A stretch of 37,284 nt of DNA from Rubrivivax sp. (GTDB lineage: Bacteria; Pseudomonadota; Gammaproteobacteria; Burkholderiales; Burkholderiaceae_C), in the NCBI GenBank assembly GCA_031398045.1, contig JANNMQ010000076.1:1-37284 (forward strand), given 5' to 3'. The notes beneath the pieces are model-generated. The model saw nothing but the letters and a program-made list of their open reading frames with translations, searched no databases and was not told where the DNA came from. This document shows positions 8,615 through 17,546 of this stretch, one piece after another (position 1 is the first letter of the stretch; each line of letters opens with the position of its first letter). The position numbers and the translations under genes were made by a program.

Positions 8615-9264
8615 GGCGCTGGCTCCGCAGCTGCCGTTTCGCCGCCCAAGACTTGCGGGCCGTGGTTGTCGGCAGCCGCCAGCAGCCTTTCCAGCGCCGC
8701 CTGGTTGCCGCGCCAGTTTCGGCCGCGCGTATCGGGTTTCAAGGCGCCGCGCAAGTCGTCGGCATCGTGCAGCAACAGATGCACGGTCACCGGGTCCCGC
8801 AGCAGCGGGCTGCGGCTGGCCAGGGTCAGAACGGTCAAGGGTTCACGCCCCGTACCGGGCTCGGCACCGGTGTCAAACGGCACGCCACTGTTGATCAAGG
8901 TAATTTCGGCAGCCTTGGTGTCGTCGCAATACAGGTCGAGGTGCACGGCCGACTGGCGGGTGGCCGTGCCACGCCAAGCCGCGCCCGACAAGTGGGGTCT
9001 GAACTCCTGCAGGCGCTGCATCCACAGCAGTGCCACTTCGCGCAGCGCACGCAGTTCCTGCGCTTGCACTGGGGCGCAGAACAGCGCAATGTGCTCGCGC
9101 ACCGCGTTTTCCACCTGTTCGTTGCTGGGCAGCTCCACCCGGCCGTGGTGCTGGCGCGCCACCTTGCGTTTGGCAGCGCCGTATTCCATGCCTTCGTCCA
9201 CCACCAACGCAGCGGCCAGGGCGGCCAGCTGGTCGGTGTTTCGCTCGGTTTTCCATTCACTCAT
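8611..9264 (-). CDS. Conserved hypothetical protein with a degenerate nucleotidyltransferase-like fold
   Basis: AAALVVDEGMEYGAAKRK, LPSNEQVE and FRPHLSGAAWRGTAT resemble a conserved Burkholderiales protein found next to tlpA. Start moved to ATG 9264. Confidence 0.75.
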   Translation of the reverse strand: MSEWKTERNTDQLAALAAALVVDEGMEYGAAKRKVARQHHGRVELPSNEQVENAVREHIALFCAPVQAQELRALREVALLWMQRLQEFRPHLSGAAWRGTATRQSAVHLDLYCDDTKAAEITLINSGVPFDTGAEPGTGREPLTVLTLASRSPLLRDPVTVHLLLHDADDLRGALKPDTRGRNWRGNQAALERLLAAADNHGPQVLGGETAAAEPAP

Positions 9265-9311
9265 GCACTGATTGTCCTGCGCCGCGGCAAGCCCCGCCGC
9301 CGCGTGGCCCA

Positions 9312-10109
9312 TCAGGGCACCACCACGCTGGGCATGCGGGCAACCACCGTGGCTGCGCGCCCCAGCACGTAGCTGGATGCCGGGGCTTTTTCGAACCGTT
9401 TCGGCGCCGGCAACATCACCGCCAGCCTGGCCGCCTGCTCGGCACTCAGGCGCGCCGCGTCCACTCTGAAATAGTGCTGGGCTGCAGCGTGCGCGCCAAA
9501 CACACCTTCGCCCCATTCCACGCTGTTCAGGTAGATCTCGAGGATGCGGCGTTTGGGCAACAAGGCTTCCATCATCAGCGTGATGATGAACTCCTGGGCC
9601 TTGCGTGCAGCGGTGCGCTCACCCGATAGAAACAGGTTCTTCGCCAGCTGCTGGCTGATGGTGGACCCACCCACCACTTTGGGGCCGCTGGCGCTGCGGC
9701 CGCGTGCACGTGCGCTGGCCGCCTGGGCGCTTTTTTCGGCGCGGGCCGCCGCGCTGCGGTTGCGATTCCAGGCGGTCTGGATGGCCTCCCAGTCTACGCC
9801 GTCGTGTTCTGTGAAGCCTGCGTCTTCACTGGCGATGACGGCACGCGGCAGTTGCCGACCCAGTTGCGGTGCATCCACCCACTGCTGGCTCCACGCCAGC
9901 TGGTGCTTGTCCACCAGCAAGCGCCAGGCCTCGCTGCGCTGAAAGCTGGTGGACTGCGGGTCCACGAACCGCATCGTCGCCACACGCACCAGCCACACAC
10001 CTTGCAACGACACCGCACACAGCACCAGCAACATCAGCAAGCGCACCGTGTGCTGCTGCCACGGCGGGCGCGCTGACAGGGGCTTGAAGCGGGGTCTGGG
10101 CCGTTGCAT
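9312..10109 (-). CDS. mtgA: Monofunctional biosynthetic peptidoglycan transglycosylase
   Basis: GT51 motifs ASEDAGFTEHDGVD, GGSTISQQLAKNL, RKAQE and KRRILEIYLN. One N-terminal TM helix and no transpeptidase domain. Start approximate. Confidence 0.93.
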   Translation of the reverse strand: MQRPRPRFKPLSARPPWQQHTVRLLMLLVLCAVSLQGVWLVRVATMRFVDPQSTSFQRSEAWRLLVDKHQLAWSQQWVDAPQLGRQLPRAVIASEDAGFTEHDGVDWEAIQTAWNRNRSAAARAEKSAQAASARARGRSASGPKVVGGSTISQQLAKNLFLSGERTAARKAQEFIITLMMEALLPKRRILEIYLNSVEWGEGVFGAHAAAQHYFRVDAARLSAEQAARLAVMLPAPKRFEKAPASSYVLGRAATVVARMPSVVVP

Positions 10110-10138
10110 GAAGGGTGCGTGCGTCGTCGCCTGAAAAA

Positions 10139-11020
10139 TCAGCGCTCGGCGGACAGTTCTGCGCGCAGAGCGGCCAGTACCGGCGCGGTGGCCGGACGCA
10201 CACCGCGCCACAACACAAAGGCTTCTGCGGCCTGCTCCACCAGCATGCCCAGGCCGTCACGCGCCTGCGCGCCATGCGCCTGCGCCCAGGCCAGCCAGGG
10301 CGCCGCTGCAGGGCCGTACATCAGGTCGATGGCCAAGCAGCCCGCACCGAGCACGTCTGCTGCCACGGGCGACGCCGCTGCCTGCAGGCTGCTGGCGCTG
10401 GCGTTGATGACCAGTGTGCTGGGGCCCTGCGCAGCGGCTTCTGTCAACCCGCAGGCACTGAGACGCACCCCGTGCACCGCGGCCCAGCTGGCATGCCGCG
10501 CCACCAGAGCCTGCGCCCTGGCTGCATGGCGGTTGGCCACACGCACGGTGGCAGGCCTTTGCTGCAGCACAGGCCCCAACACGCCGGCCGCTGCACCGCC
10601 GGCGCCTATCAGCAGCACGGTCTGGCCGGCCAGCGCCACGCCGGCACCTTGTTCGATGTCGTGCACCAAGCCCACGCCGTCGGTGTTGTCGGCCAGCCAG
10701 TTGTCACCGTCGATGTGCAACACGTTGGCCGCGCCGGCCAGCGTGGCGCGTGCGGTGCAGCGGGTGGCCAGCGCAGGAGTTTCAAACTTGAACGGCAGGG
10801 TGACGTTGCAGCCACGTCCACCGGCGGCCGCAAAACGCCGCACGGCAGGTGCAAAGTCGTCCATCGCGCAAAGCAGCCGCTCGTAGACCAGGTTTTGGCC
10901 AGTTTGCTGCGCAAACAGGTGGTGGATGAAAGGCGAACGGCTGTGCGCCACTGGATTGCCCAACACAGCGTAGCGGTCGGGGGCGCCGGCGCCGGCGGCT
11001 GCGGAAGAAACATCTGGCAT
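10139..11020 (-). CDS. aroE: Shikimate dehydrogenase
   Basis: GNPVAHSRSPFIH, GCNVTLPFK, DNTDGVG, GAGGAA and DGLGMLVEQA motifs. Start could be 11020 or 11044. Confidence 0.95.
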   Translation of the reverse strand: MPDVSSAAAGAGAPDRYAVLGNPVAHSRSPFIHHLFAQQTGQNLVYERLLCAMDDFAPAVRRFAAAGGRGCNVTLPFKFETPALATRCTARATLAGAANVLHIDGDNWLADNTDGVGLVHDIEQGAGVALAGQTVLLIGAGGAAAGVLGPVLQQRPATVRVANRHAARAQALVARHASWAAVHGVRLSACGLTEAAAQGPSTLVINASASSLQAAASPVAADVLGAGCLAIDLMYGPAAAPWLAWAQAHGAQARDGLGMLVEQAAEAFVLWRGVRPATAPVLAALRAELSAER

Positions 11021-11056
11021 CAGTGTGGTGGGTTCAAGCTGCAAGTAAGCCGACCA

Positions 11057-12142
11057 TCAGCGGCCGCTGAGCGAAGTTTCCAGGCCGTCTTCGCGCGTGA
11101 AGCGAAAACGCGACGTCACCACAATCTGGTCGGCCTGCGCCCGCATGCCGTTGTTGAAAGGGCCAAAGGGTGACGCCGCGCGCACGATGGACAGCGCCTG
11201 CGCATCCAGCCGACGCGACTTGGAGCTGCGCACGATATCGGCTTCTATCACGCGGCCCGTCGCGTCCACCGTGACGTTCATGGTCAGCTCGCCGTACAGC
11301 TTTTGGCCGTTGTGTTCGGGGAAGTTGCGCGTGCCCCGCTCTTCAATGCGTCGGCGCAGCGCGTCGTAATACAGCGCGTAGACCTCTTCCCGCGTGGCCG
11401 GACTGATGTAGCGCCGCTTCGGGCGTGCGTTTTCTTCGTTGACCCGCTTTTCAATTTCGGCCAGCAGCCGCAACAGCTGGCGCCGCCTTTCTTCTTTCTC
11501 GCGCTCTTCGGGTGAACCGTCATCGCGCGAGGGGTCGGGCGGCGGGAGGATGGCAATTTCACGCCGTATCTGGGCCAGCAACTGCTGCTGTTCGTCCTGC
11601 AGCTGTTCAATGCGCTTTTTAGCGTCGTCAGCCGATTCGCCCAGCTGCACGGTGGCTGCGGCGGGCAGCGGCGACGTGGCGCGGCCTTTGTCTGCTTCGC
11701 CACCACCGGCCAGGTTGGCCTGCGCAATGGCCTGCGCCTGCAGCGGCGCTTCTTTGCTGCGTGCGTTGACCAGAATCACTTCCAGCGGCGTGTCGCGAAA
11801 AGCGCGGGTGATGTTCTCGGCGCCCACAAACCGCACCGACAGCACCGCCGCGTGCAATGCCAGCGACGCCAGCAGCGCGATCTGCAGGGCGCTCAACTGG
11901 CGCAGGCGCTGGCGCCAGCCACCGCCCACAGCACCCTGGTTGGCGCCACCGCCGCCCGCTTTGCCGGGTGGGCGTTCGGGTTGGGTGTCGGCGCCGGCAG
12001 GCGTGGTGGCGGCCTTGCGCTGTGCAGCCGACCACTTCATCGGCCGCGTGATCGGTTGGGTCTCGGCCAGGCTGGTGGCGCGCGCTTTGGCTGTGCGCTT
12101 GCCAGCGCTGTCGGGCGCACGTCGGTTGGGGCGGCTCATCAC
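11057..12142 (-). CDS. TonB-family energy transducer (TonB C-terminal domain protein)
   Basis: TM helix with SLALH (S-x3-H), LEVILVNA, a coiled coil, and a C-terminal domain (...SSKSRRLD..A..IV.AASPFGPF). GGAGG SD precedes GTG 12142/ATG 12139. Confidence 0.8.
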   Translation of the reverse strand: MMSRPNRRAPDSAGKRTAKARATSLAETQPITRPMKWSAAQRKAATTPAGADTQPERPPGKAGGGGANQGAVGGGWRQRLRQLSALQIALLASLALHAAVLSVRFVGAENITRAFRDTPLEVILVNARSKEAPLQAQAIAQANLAGGGEADKGRATSPLPAAATVQLGESADDAKKRIEQLQDEQQQLLAQIRREIAILPPPDPSRDDGSPEEREKEERRRQLLRLLAEIEKRVNEENARPKRRYISPATREEVYALYYDALRRRIEERGTRNFPEHNGQKLYGELTMNVTVDATGRVIEADIVRSSKSRRLDAQALSIVRAASPFGPFNNGMRAQADQIVVTSRFRFTREDGLETSLSGR

Positions 12143-12192
12143 AGCCCCCTCCGCGGTTGATTGACGCCACCGACCACCGTGCCGTCCTCGTT

Positions 12193-14313
12193 TCAGTCCG
12201 GTTGGGGCGCTGAAGGTGACAAGGGCGCCGGTGGCGCCGCGGGGCTTTGCAGCTTGTCTGCGCCGCCGGCACCAGCGTCAGGCGCTGTGCCAGCTGTTGT
12301 GCCGTCGTCCAATTCGATGGCCAGGTTCAATGCGGTGCCTGTGCCCAGATCGTCGTTCTCGTCCAGCGTTTCGTCGCTGGTTGATGCCACCGGGCCCGCA
12401 TCGAGCCGGGCTGCCAGCGTGGCGTGCAACTCCAGCGTCAGCAGGTCCACGCTGTTCACGCGCGCCGACACCAGCGCGCCGCGCGGCAGGCTTTCTGTGC
12501 CCGCAAGGCGAAAAACCAGGGGCAGCGTCTGCGCCCGCACCAGGCCGTCTTTCATCACCGCCGCCTCCAGTTCGGCCACCGCGTTCTGTTGCAGCCAGCG
12601 CAGCGTCCAGTAGCGCTCTATCGACTGCTGGAAACCGTTGTACGCACTGTAGGCGGCATCAAAGCCCGATATAACCGAGAAAAGCGCTGCATCCTTGGGC
12701 TTGAAAGGAGCCACCAGCGCCGCGGTGCGCCCCTGACGCACGCAGGCCATCAGCTGCCACTGGTTCACCAGGTCGACATAGCGCCGCAACGGGCTGGTGG
12801 ACCAGGCGTACTGCGCCACCCCCATGCCGGCGTGGGGCGCGGGCTTGGTACCCATCTTGACCTTGATGCCCGGCAACATGCTGGCCTGGCTGCGGTAGAT
12901 GCCCGGCACACCATGTTCGGCCAGCCAGGCACCCCAGGTGCTGTTGGCCAGGATCATCGCTTCGGCGACGATCAGGTCCAGCGGCGAACCGCGCAGGCGG
13001 GTGCTGATGTGCACCGGTTCGTCACCTTGGGGTTCGCCGCTGTTGGCACCCCTGTCACCGGTCAGCTTGAAGTTGTAGTCAGGGCGGTTGAAGGTTTCGG
13101 GCTTGCCGCGCACCACTTCGCGCCGTGATTTCAGCGCTTTTGCGAGCTTGAACGTGAACGCAAGTTCGGTGGCAAAGCTGTAGTTGGCGGGTGCGCTGCC
13201 ATCCAGCGAAGCTTCGGTAACCACCTGGTCCAGTTGGTCGTGGCGCAGGTTGGCAGCGATGGGCACCCGTTCCAGCCGGGTTTCGCTGCTGCGCACTTCC
13301 AGCGTATTTTCGTCCAGCGTCACATACAGGCTCAGTGCGGGGCAGTTTCGGCCCGCGGCCAGCGTGTAGGCCTGCACCACGTCATCGGGCAGCATGGTGA
13401 TCTTGTAGCCCGGCATGTAGACGGTGGACAGCCTTTCGCGCGCCACCTTGTCCAGCGGCGAGTCTGGCGTGATGGCCAACCCCGGCGCCGCGATGTGCAC
13501 ACCCAGCACCACCGTGCCGCTGCCCAGGCCCTGCACCGACAGCGCGTCGTCAATCTCGGTGGTGGCCGAATCGTCAATGGAAAAGGCCTGCACCGCGGCG
13601 GTGGGCAGCTCGTCCTTGAAGCCGGGCACCGGCAGCGCCGGGAATTGGTAGCCCTTCGGGAACTGGTCAAACAGAAAGCGCCGCCAGTGGAACTGGTACG
13701 GGCTTTCGATGGCGCCCACTGCGGTCAGCAGGTCCAGCGGTGCGCGCTGCGCCCGTTTGGACGCTTCCACCACGGCTTTGTATTCGGGCCCGTTTTTGTC
13801 GGGTTTGAAGAGGATGCGGTACAGCTCCTGCCTCACCGGTGCCGGGCACTGGCCGGCCACCAGTTCGCTGGCCCAGGCCTCGATTTGCGCCGCCACCTGC
13901 TTTTTGCGTTCGATGCCCAGTAGCGCGGCTTTCACCGTCTCTTCGGGCGCCTTTTTGAACTGGCCTTTGCCCAGGCGCCGAAAGTAGTGCGGCGCGTCGT
14001 ACAGCCGCAGCAGCGCGGCGGCCAGCTTGTCGGGCCCGGCCTTGGCATCGAAGTAGTCGCGCGCCAGGTCGCTGAAGCTGAAGTCTTCTTCAGGCGCAAA
14101 TTCCCACGCCAGGTCGAGGTCGATGTCGGCCGCCAGCACCTGGGCCTGCGCCAGCAGTTCGGCCGGCGCAGGTTTTTCAAAACGCAGCATCACCTGCGCC
14201 ACTTTGACCTTGACGCGCTTGCCGGAATCCAGCTCCACCTGCACCGACGTGTCGGCTTCGGACATCACGCGGCCGGCGTGGAATTTGCCGGCGTCTTCAA
14301 ACAGTGCATACAT
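12193..14313 (-). CDS. rnb: RNB-domain exoribonuclease (RNase II family)
   Basis: Catalytic SIDDSATTEIDDALS, EAMILAN and STSPLRRYVDL motifs. Start ATG 14313 (MYALFEDAGKF). Confidence 0.9.
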   Translation of the reverse strand: MYALFEDAGKFHAGRVMSEADTSVQVELDSGKRVKVKVAQVMLRFEKPAPAELLAQAQVLAADIDLDLAWEFAPEEDFSFSDLARDYFDAKAGPDKLAAALLRLYDAPHYFRRLGKGQFKKAPEETVKAALLGIERKKQVAAQIEAWASELVAGQCPAPVRQELYRILFKPDKNGPEYKAVVEASKRAQRAPLDLLTAVGAIESPYQFHWRRFLFDQFPKGYQFPALPVPGFKDELPTAAVQAFSIDDSATTEIDDALSVQGLGSGTVVLGVHIAAPGLAITPDSPLDKVARERLSTVYMPGYKITMLPDDVVQAYTLAAGRNCPALSLYVTLDENTLEVRSSETRLERVPIAANLRHDQLDQVVTEASLDGSAPANYSFATELAFTFKLAKALKSRREVVRGKPETFNRPDYNFKLTGDRGANSGEPQGDEPVHISTRLRGSPLDLIVAEAMILANSTWGAWLAEHGVPGIYRSQASMLPGIKVKMGTKPAPHAGMGVAQYAWSTSPLRRYVDLVNQWQLMACVRQGRTAALVAPFKPKDAALFSVISGFDAAYSAYNGFQQSIERYWTLRWLQQNAVAELEAAVMKDGLVRAQTLPLVFRLAGTESLPRGALVSARVNSVDLLTLELHATLAARLDAGPVASTSDETLDENDDLGTGTALNLAIELDDGTTAGTAPDAGAGGADKLQSPAAPPAPLSPSAPQPD

Positions 14314-14409
14314 GCAGCGATTGTCGCTGCTGGTCACGCAGCTGCTTGTGTCTAGGGCGCAGCCCGACTTTCGCTGGGGATGTCAGCCGGCTTCGCTGCC
14401 AAGCGCCAT

Positions 14410-14477
14410 AAAAAACCGTTCGGGCTGAGCTTGTCGAAGCCCTCGCCACAGGGCTTCGACGGGCTCAGCCCGAACAG
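14410..14477 (-). repeat. REP-like extragenic palindrome followed by T6 on the minus strand (probable terminator)
   Basis: 26-bp arms GTTCGGGCTGAGCTTGTCGAAGCCCT (14418-14443) and AGGGCTTCGACGGGCTCAGCCCGAAC (14450-14475), with 2 mismatches and a 6-nt loop. A6 at 14410-14415. Confidence 0.85.
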
Positions 14478-14504
14478 AGTGGTGCGTCTAACCGCAAAGC
14501 CGTA

Positions 14505-17375
14505 TCAGACGCCCTGTTTGATCAGCGGCGCCTTCAAGGCTTCGGCCAGCGTGGCCTGGCTGTCGGCCAGGTGCGCGCGCGTGGTGGCCGACCAGCCGGG
14601 CTGTGCCAGCGCGCGCTTCAGTTCGGTGTCGAGCTGCAGTGCCTGTGCGCGGTGCACAGCCCGCACATCGGCTGCTGCCATGGAGCCGGGCCGCAGCAGG
14701 CCACCGGCCAGGCGCCGCAGGTGTTCACGCTGCAGGTTGCGGCGCAGGCTGTCGACGTCACGGCCTGCCGGCGGCGCCTTCAACTCTGACCACACCTGCC
14801 CACTCAGCTGGGCCTGGATGTCGGCGTAACTGAGCAGCGTTTTCGGGTCGGCCACTTTGGGCTCGGTGCTGGCGATGCGCGCGGCCAGGTTTTCCGACAT
14901 CAGCGCATCCAGCGCCGGCCTTTGCACCGCCAGCACGGCGGCGGGCAGGTTGAAGTCGGTCTGCGGGATGAAGCGCCCCTGCGACAAACGGCTGACCTGG
15001 TCAAAACCCAGGCGGCTGATGATCTTGGGGTCGAACTTGAAGCTGCTGCTGGCAAACACCTCGCTCAGGATGGTTTGCAGTGCCTGTTGCTGGCGCGGTA
15101 GCGGCACCGGTGTGTACAGCGCTTGCTGCGCGCCGGCCAGCGCACGTGACGTGCGCACACCGCCCACGTGGCTGGTCAACAGCGCCACGCTGTTGTTGGT
15201 GGCCGACAGCAGCCGCTGCAGGTTGCGCCGGTACACGGTCTGGTCGTCGTCGGGCGCCAGCTGGCGTGCTTCGGTGCGGGCCCACAGTTCGCGCGCCAGC
15301 TTCAGCTGCCGCGTGGCGTAGGCCAGCGGGTCGTCGCCCAGGTCAAAGCGGTTGGCATCGGGGTCGCCAGCGGCGGCGTCTTCGTCGGTGCCGTAGGCCA
15401 GCGCGGGGTCGTTATCGCTCTGTGCGCCCAGCTTCAGCAGCGCGGTGCGTTCTTCAGCCGCGGGCAGCTCGCGGTAGCCGTAGGCTATGGCCCAGTAGTC
15501 ATAGTTTCCCAACGTCGTCATCTGATACTTCGACGGCGTTTCGCCCGGCAGCGGCAGGTTCACCGCGTTGTAGTCCATCACTGAATTGGACGTGCCGCGC
15601 GAGGTCGTGAAGCTGTGGTCGTTCAGCTGCGCACGGCTGATGCCGGTGCTGGCCTTGAAGTTGTGGCGCAGTCCGATGGCGTGGCCTACCTCATGGATCA
15701 CCACCGCCGTCAGGCTGTCGGCGATAAAGCGGTCGGCGGCTGGACCGGTCAGGTCCATTTCGCCGCGTGCGGCCAGCAGTTCCATGCCGAACTGGGTGTG
15801 TTCCAGTGCGTCGCTGGCATAGCTGCAGCCCAGCAGGCGTTTGGCGAAGCCGCCTGTGGTGGTTGTGAGGTCTTGGCTGTATGCGTCGGCCAGTTGCGGT
15901 TGCCGGTCGGCCACGAAGTTGCGGTTAACACGCACCCAGTTTTCAGGCACGATGGCTGCAGCACGCAAGATCTCGCCGCTGCGGGGGTCGCTCTGGCTCG
16001 GGCCCACCGCGGTGGCGCCAGGCCCTTCCATTGCAAACCAGCGCACGGCCAGCAGGCGGGTGCCTTCCAGCGACGACCAATCGGCGTCGTCGGCTTGTTG
16101 CTCCACCGCCAGCGCGTTGCTGAAGCCGGCGCGTTCAAAAGCCTTGTTCCATTCCAGGATGCCGCTGCGCACCGCGTCGCGCCACTTGGGTGGAATGTTC
16201 CTGTCCATCACCACGCGCACCGGTTCTTTGGGGTCAGACACGGCCGCAGCCGGGTCTTTTTTCTCCAGCCGCCAGCGGTTGATCAAGTGTGTGCGGTTGT
16301 CGGCTTCGGTGTCGTCACCGTAATTGGTGTACGAATTGACGAAGTACCCCACGCGCTGGTCGGCGCGGCGCGGCTGCATCGGCTGTTCGGGCAGCGCGGC
16401 AAAGGTGTGCGCCCAGGTGATGAAAAAGCTGCGCGCGTCGGGCACGGCGGTGGGCGGGTTGGGCAACGCGGCCGGGTTGGGAGGCGGCGCCCCTGGCGCC
16501 AGCACCGGCGGTGCCGGCAGTTTGGGCACGGTGTAGTGCGCACGCACCGTCACCGCCGTGTGCTGCGGTGTGCCGTGTGTGCGTTCGATGCTGCTGTTGC
16601 CACGGTCCAGGCTGTAGGGCATGCGGAACGCGGTTTCCAGCGCGGTCAGCACGCCGGGCAAGTCGCCGCCCAGCAGCGCCATCGCGTCCACCAGCAGCGA
16701 CTTGCGCTCGGGGTGCGGCGCCGCCGCCAGCGGCACCGCAGCGAGCAGGCTGTCTGAATAACTTTCGTTGACGGCGCGCTCGACGGCAGAGCCTGCGGGC
16801 GCCTGCACCAGCATGTTGCGCGCCACCAGCTGCACGCTGTTGCCCACCCGGCGCAGCACCACCAGGCGCTCATCAGCCATCAAGCCGGGCAACACATAAG
16901 CCTGTGCCAGGCCTGAGGCCACCGACGTGCCCAGGAACAGTGGCTTGCCCAGCTGCGACACGGGAATTTCAAGCCAGGTTTTTTCATCCTTGGTCCACAC
17001 CGGCAACAGGCCTGGGATGCTCTTGGCGTCTTTGGTGACGGTGGCAAACGGCGGCGGTGTGCCCGGTGCGGGTGGCTGCGTGGGGGGCAGGGGTGGCGTG
17101 GCTGCGATGGCCACAGGCGCAGGTGCCGCGCCAGGAGCGGCCGGCGGAACGGCGGACGGTGGAACCACAGCCGGTGGCACCGCAGCAGGAGCCGCGGCAA
17201 CGGGTTGCGCCACGGGCGCGGCAGGTTTTGCGGGCGCCGCGGTGTGCACCGTGGCACAGGCTGACAACAGACTGGCCAATGCCAGCGCGGTGGGTGCAAA
17301 CGGCAGCCGGCGGGCCGGCGAAACACGGTGGGCGGGTGCAGGTTGCTGCAGTGAAGGGTACGGGTCCATCGTCAT
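14505..17375 (-). CDS. Secreted or lipoprotein zinc metalloprotease (metzincin; DUF5118/DUF5117/DUF4953-type)
   Basis: HEVGHAIGLRH (HExxHxxGxxH), Met-turn SVMDY, lipobox LSAC after a hydrophobic stretch, and family motifs RRADQRVGYF, RWRLEKKDP, GILEWNKAFE and DPRSGEIL. Confidence 0.88.
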   Translation of the reverse strand: MTMDPYPSLQQPAPAHRVSPARRLPFAPTALALASLLSACATVHTAAPAKPAAPVAQPVAAAPAAVPPAVVPPSAVPPAAPGAAPAPVAIAATPPLPPTQPPAPGTPPPFATVTKDAKSIPGLLPVWTKDEKTWLEIPVSQLGKPLFLGTSVASGLAQAYVLPGLMADERLVVLRRVGNSVQLVARNMLVQAPAGSAVERAVNESYSDSLLAAVPLAAAPHPERKSLLVDAMALLGGDLPGVLTALETAFRMPYSLDRGNSSIERTHGTPQHTAVTVRAHYTVPKLPAPPVLAPGAPPPNPAALPNPPTAVPDARSFFITWAHTFAALPEQPMQPRRADQRVGYFVNSYTNYGDDTEADNRTHLINRWRLEKKDPAAAVSDPKEPVRVVMDRNIPPKWRDAVRSGILEWNKAFERAGFSNALAVEQQADDADWSSLEGTRLLAVRWFAMEGPGATAVGPSQSDPRSGEILRAAAIVPENWVRVNRNFVADRQPQLADAYSQDLTTTTGGFAKRLLGCSYASDALEHTQFGMELLAARGEMDLTGPAADRFIADSLTAVVIHEVGHAIGLRHNFKASTGISRAQLNDHSFTTSRGTSNSVMDYNAVNLPLPGETPSKYQMTTLGNYDYWAIAYGYRELPAAEERTALLKLGAQSDNDPALAYGTDEDAAAGDPDANRFDLGDDPLAYATRQLKLARELWARTEARQLAPDDDQTVYRRNLQRLLSATNNSVALLTSHVGGVRTSRALAGAQQALYTPVPLPRQQQALQTILSEVFASSSFKFDPKIISRLGFDQVSRLSQGRFIPQTDFNLPAAVLAVQRPALDALMSENLAARIASTEPKVADPKTLLSYADIQAQLSGQVWSELKAPPAGRDVDSLRRNLQREHLRRLAGGLLRPGSMAAADVRAVHRAQALQLDTELKRALAQPGWSATTRAHLADSQATLAEALKAPLIKQGV

Positions 17376-17546
17376 CGGGGTGTCCTGTGGGTTTCAGGTG
17401 GGGAACAAGGGGTGGTCCGGTGGGGGCGTGTGTGTGCTGTGCCGGGCCAACACCGCCGGCGCATCAAGCCGCCATGCTGCCTCAACGGTGGGCACGCCGG
17501 GCTTTGGTGCGACACAAGGCCACAACGTGTGCACGGACCGCTGTTT

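Noticed and set aside
17377-17426. Five G-runs upstream of the metalloprotease as a G-quadruplex
   Set aside because: Loops of 5-9 nt are mostly longer than the canonical pattern, and a C-rich leader on the coding strand explains it equally well.
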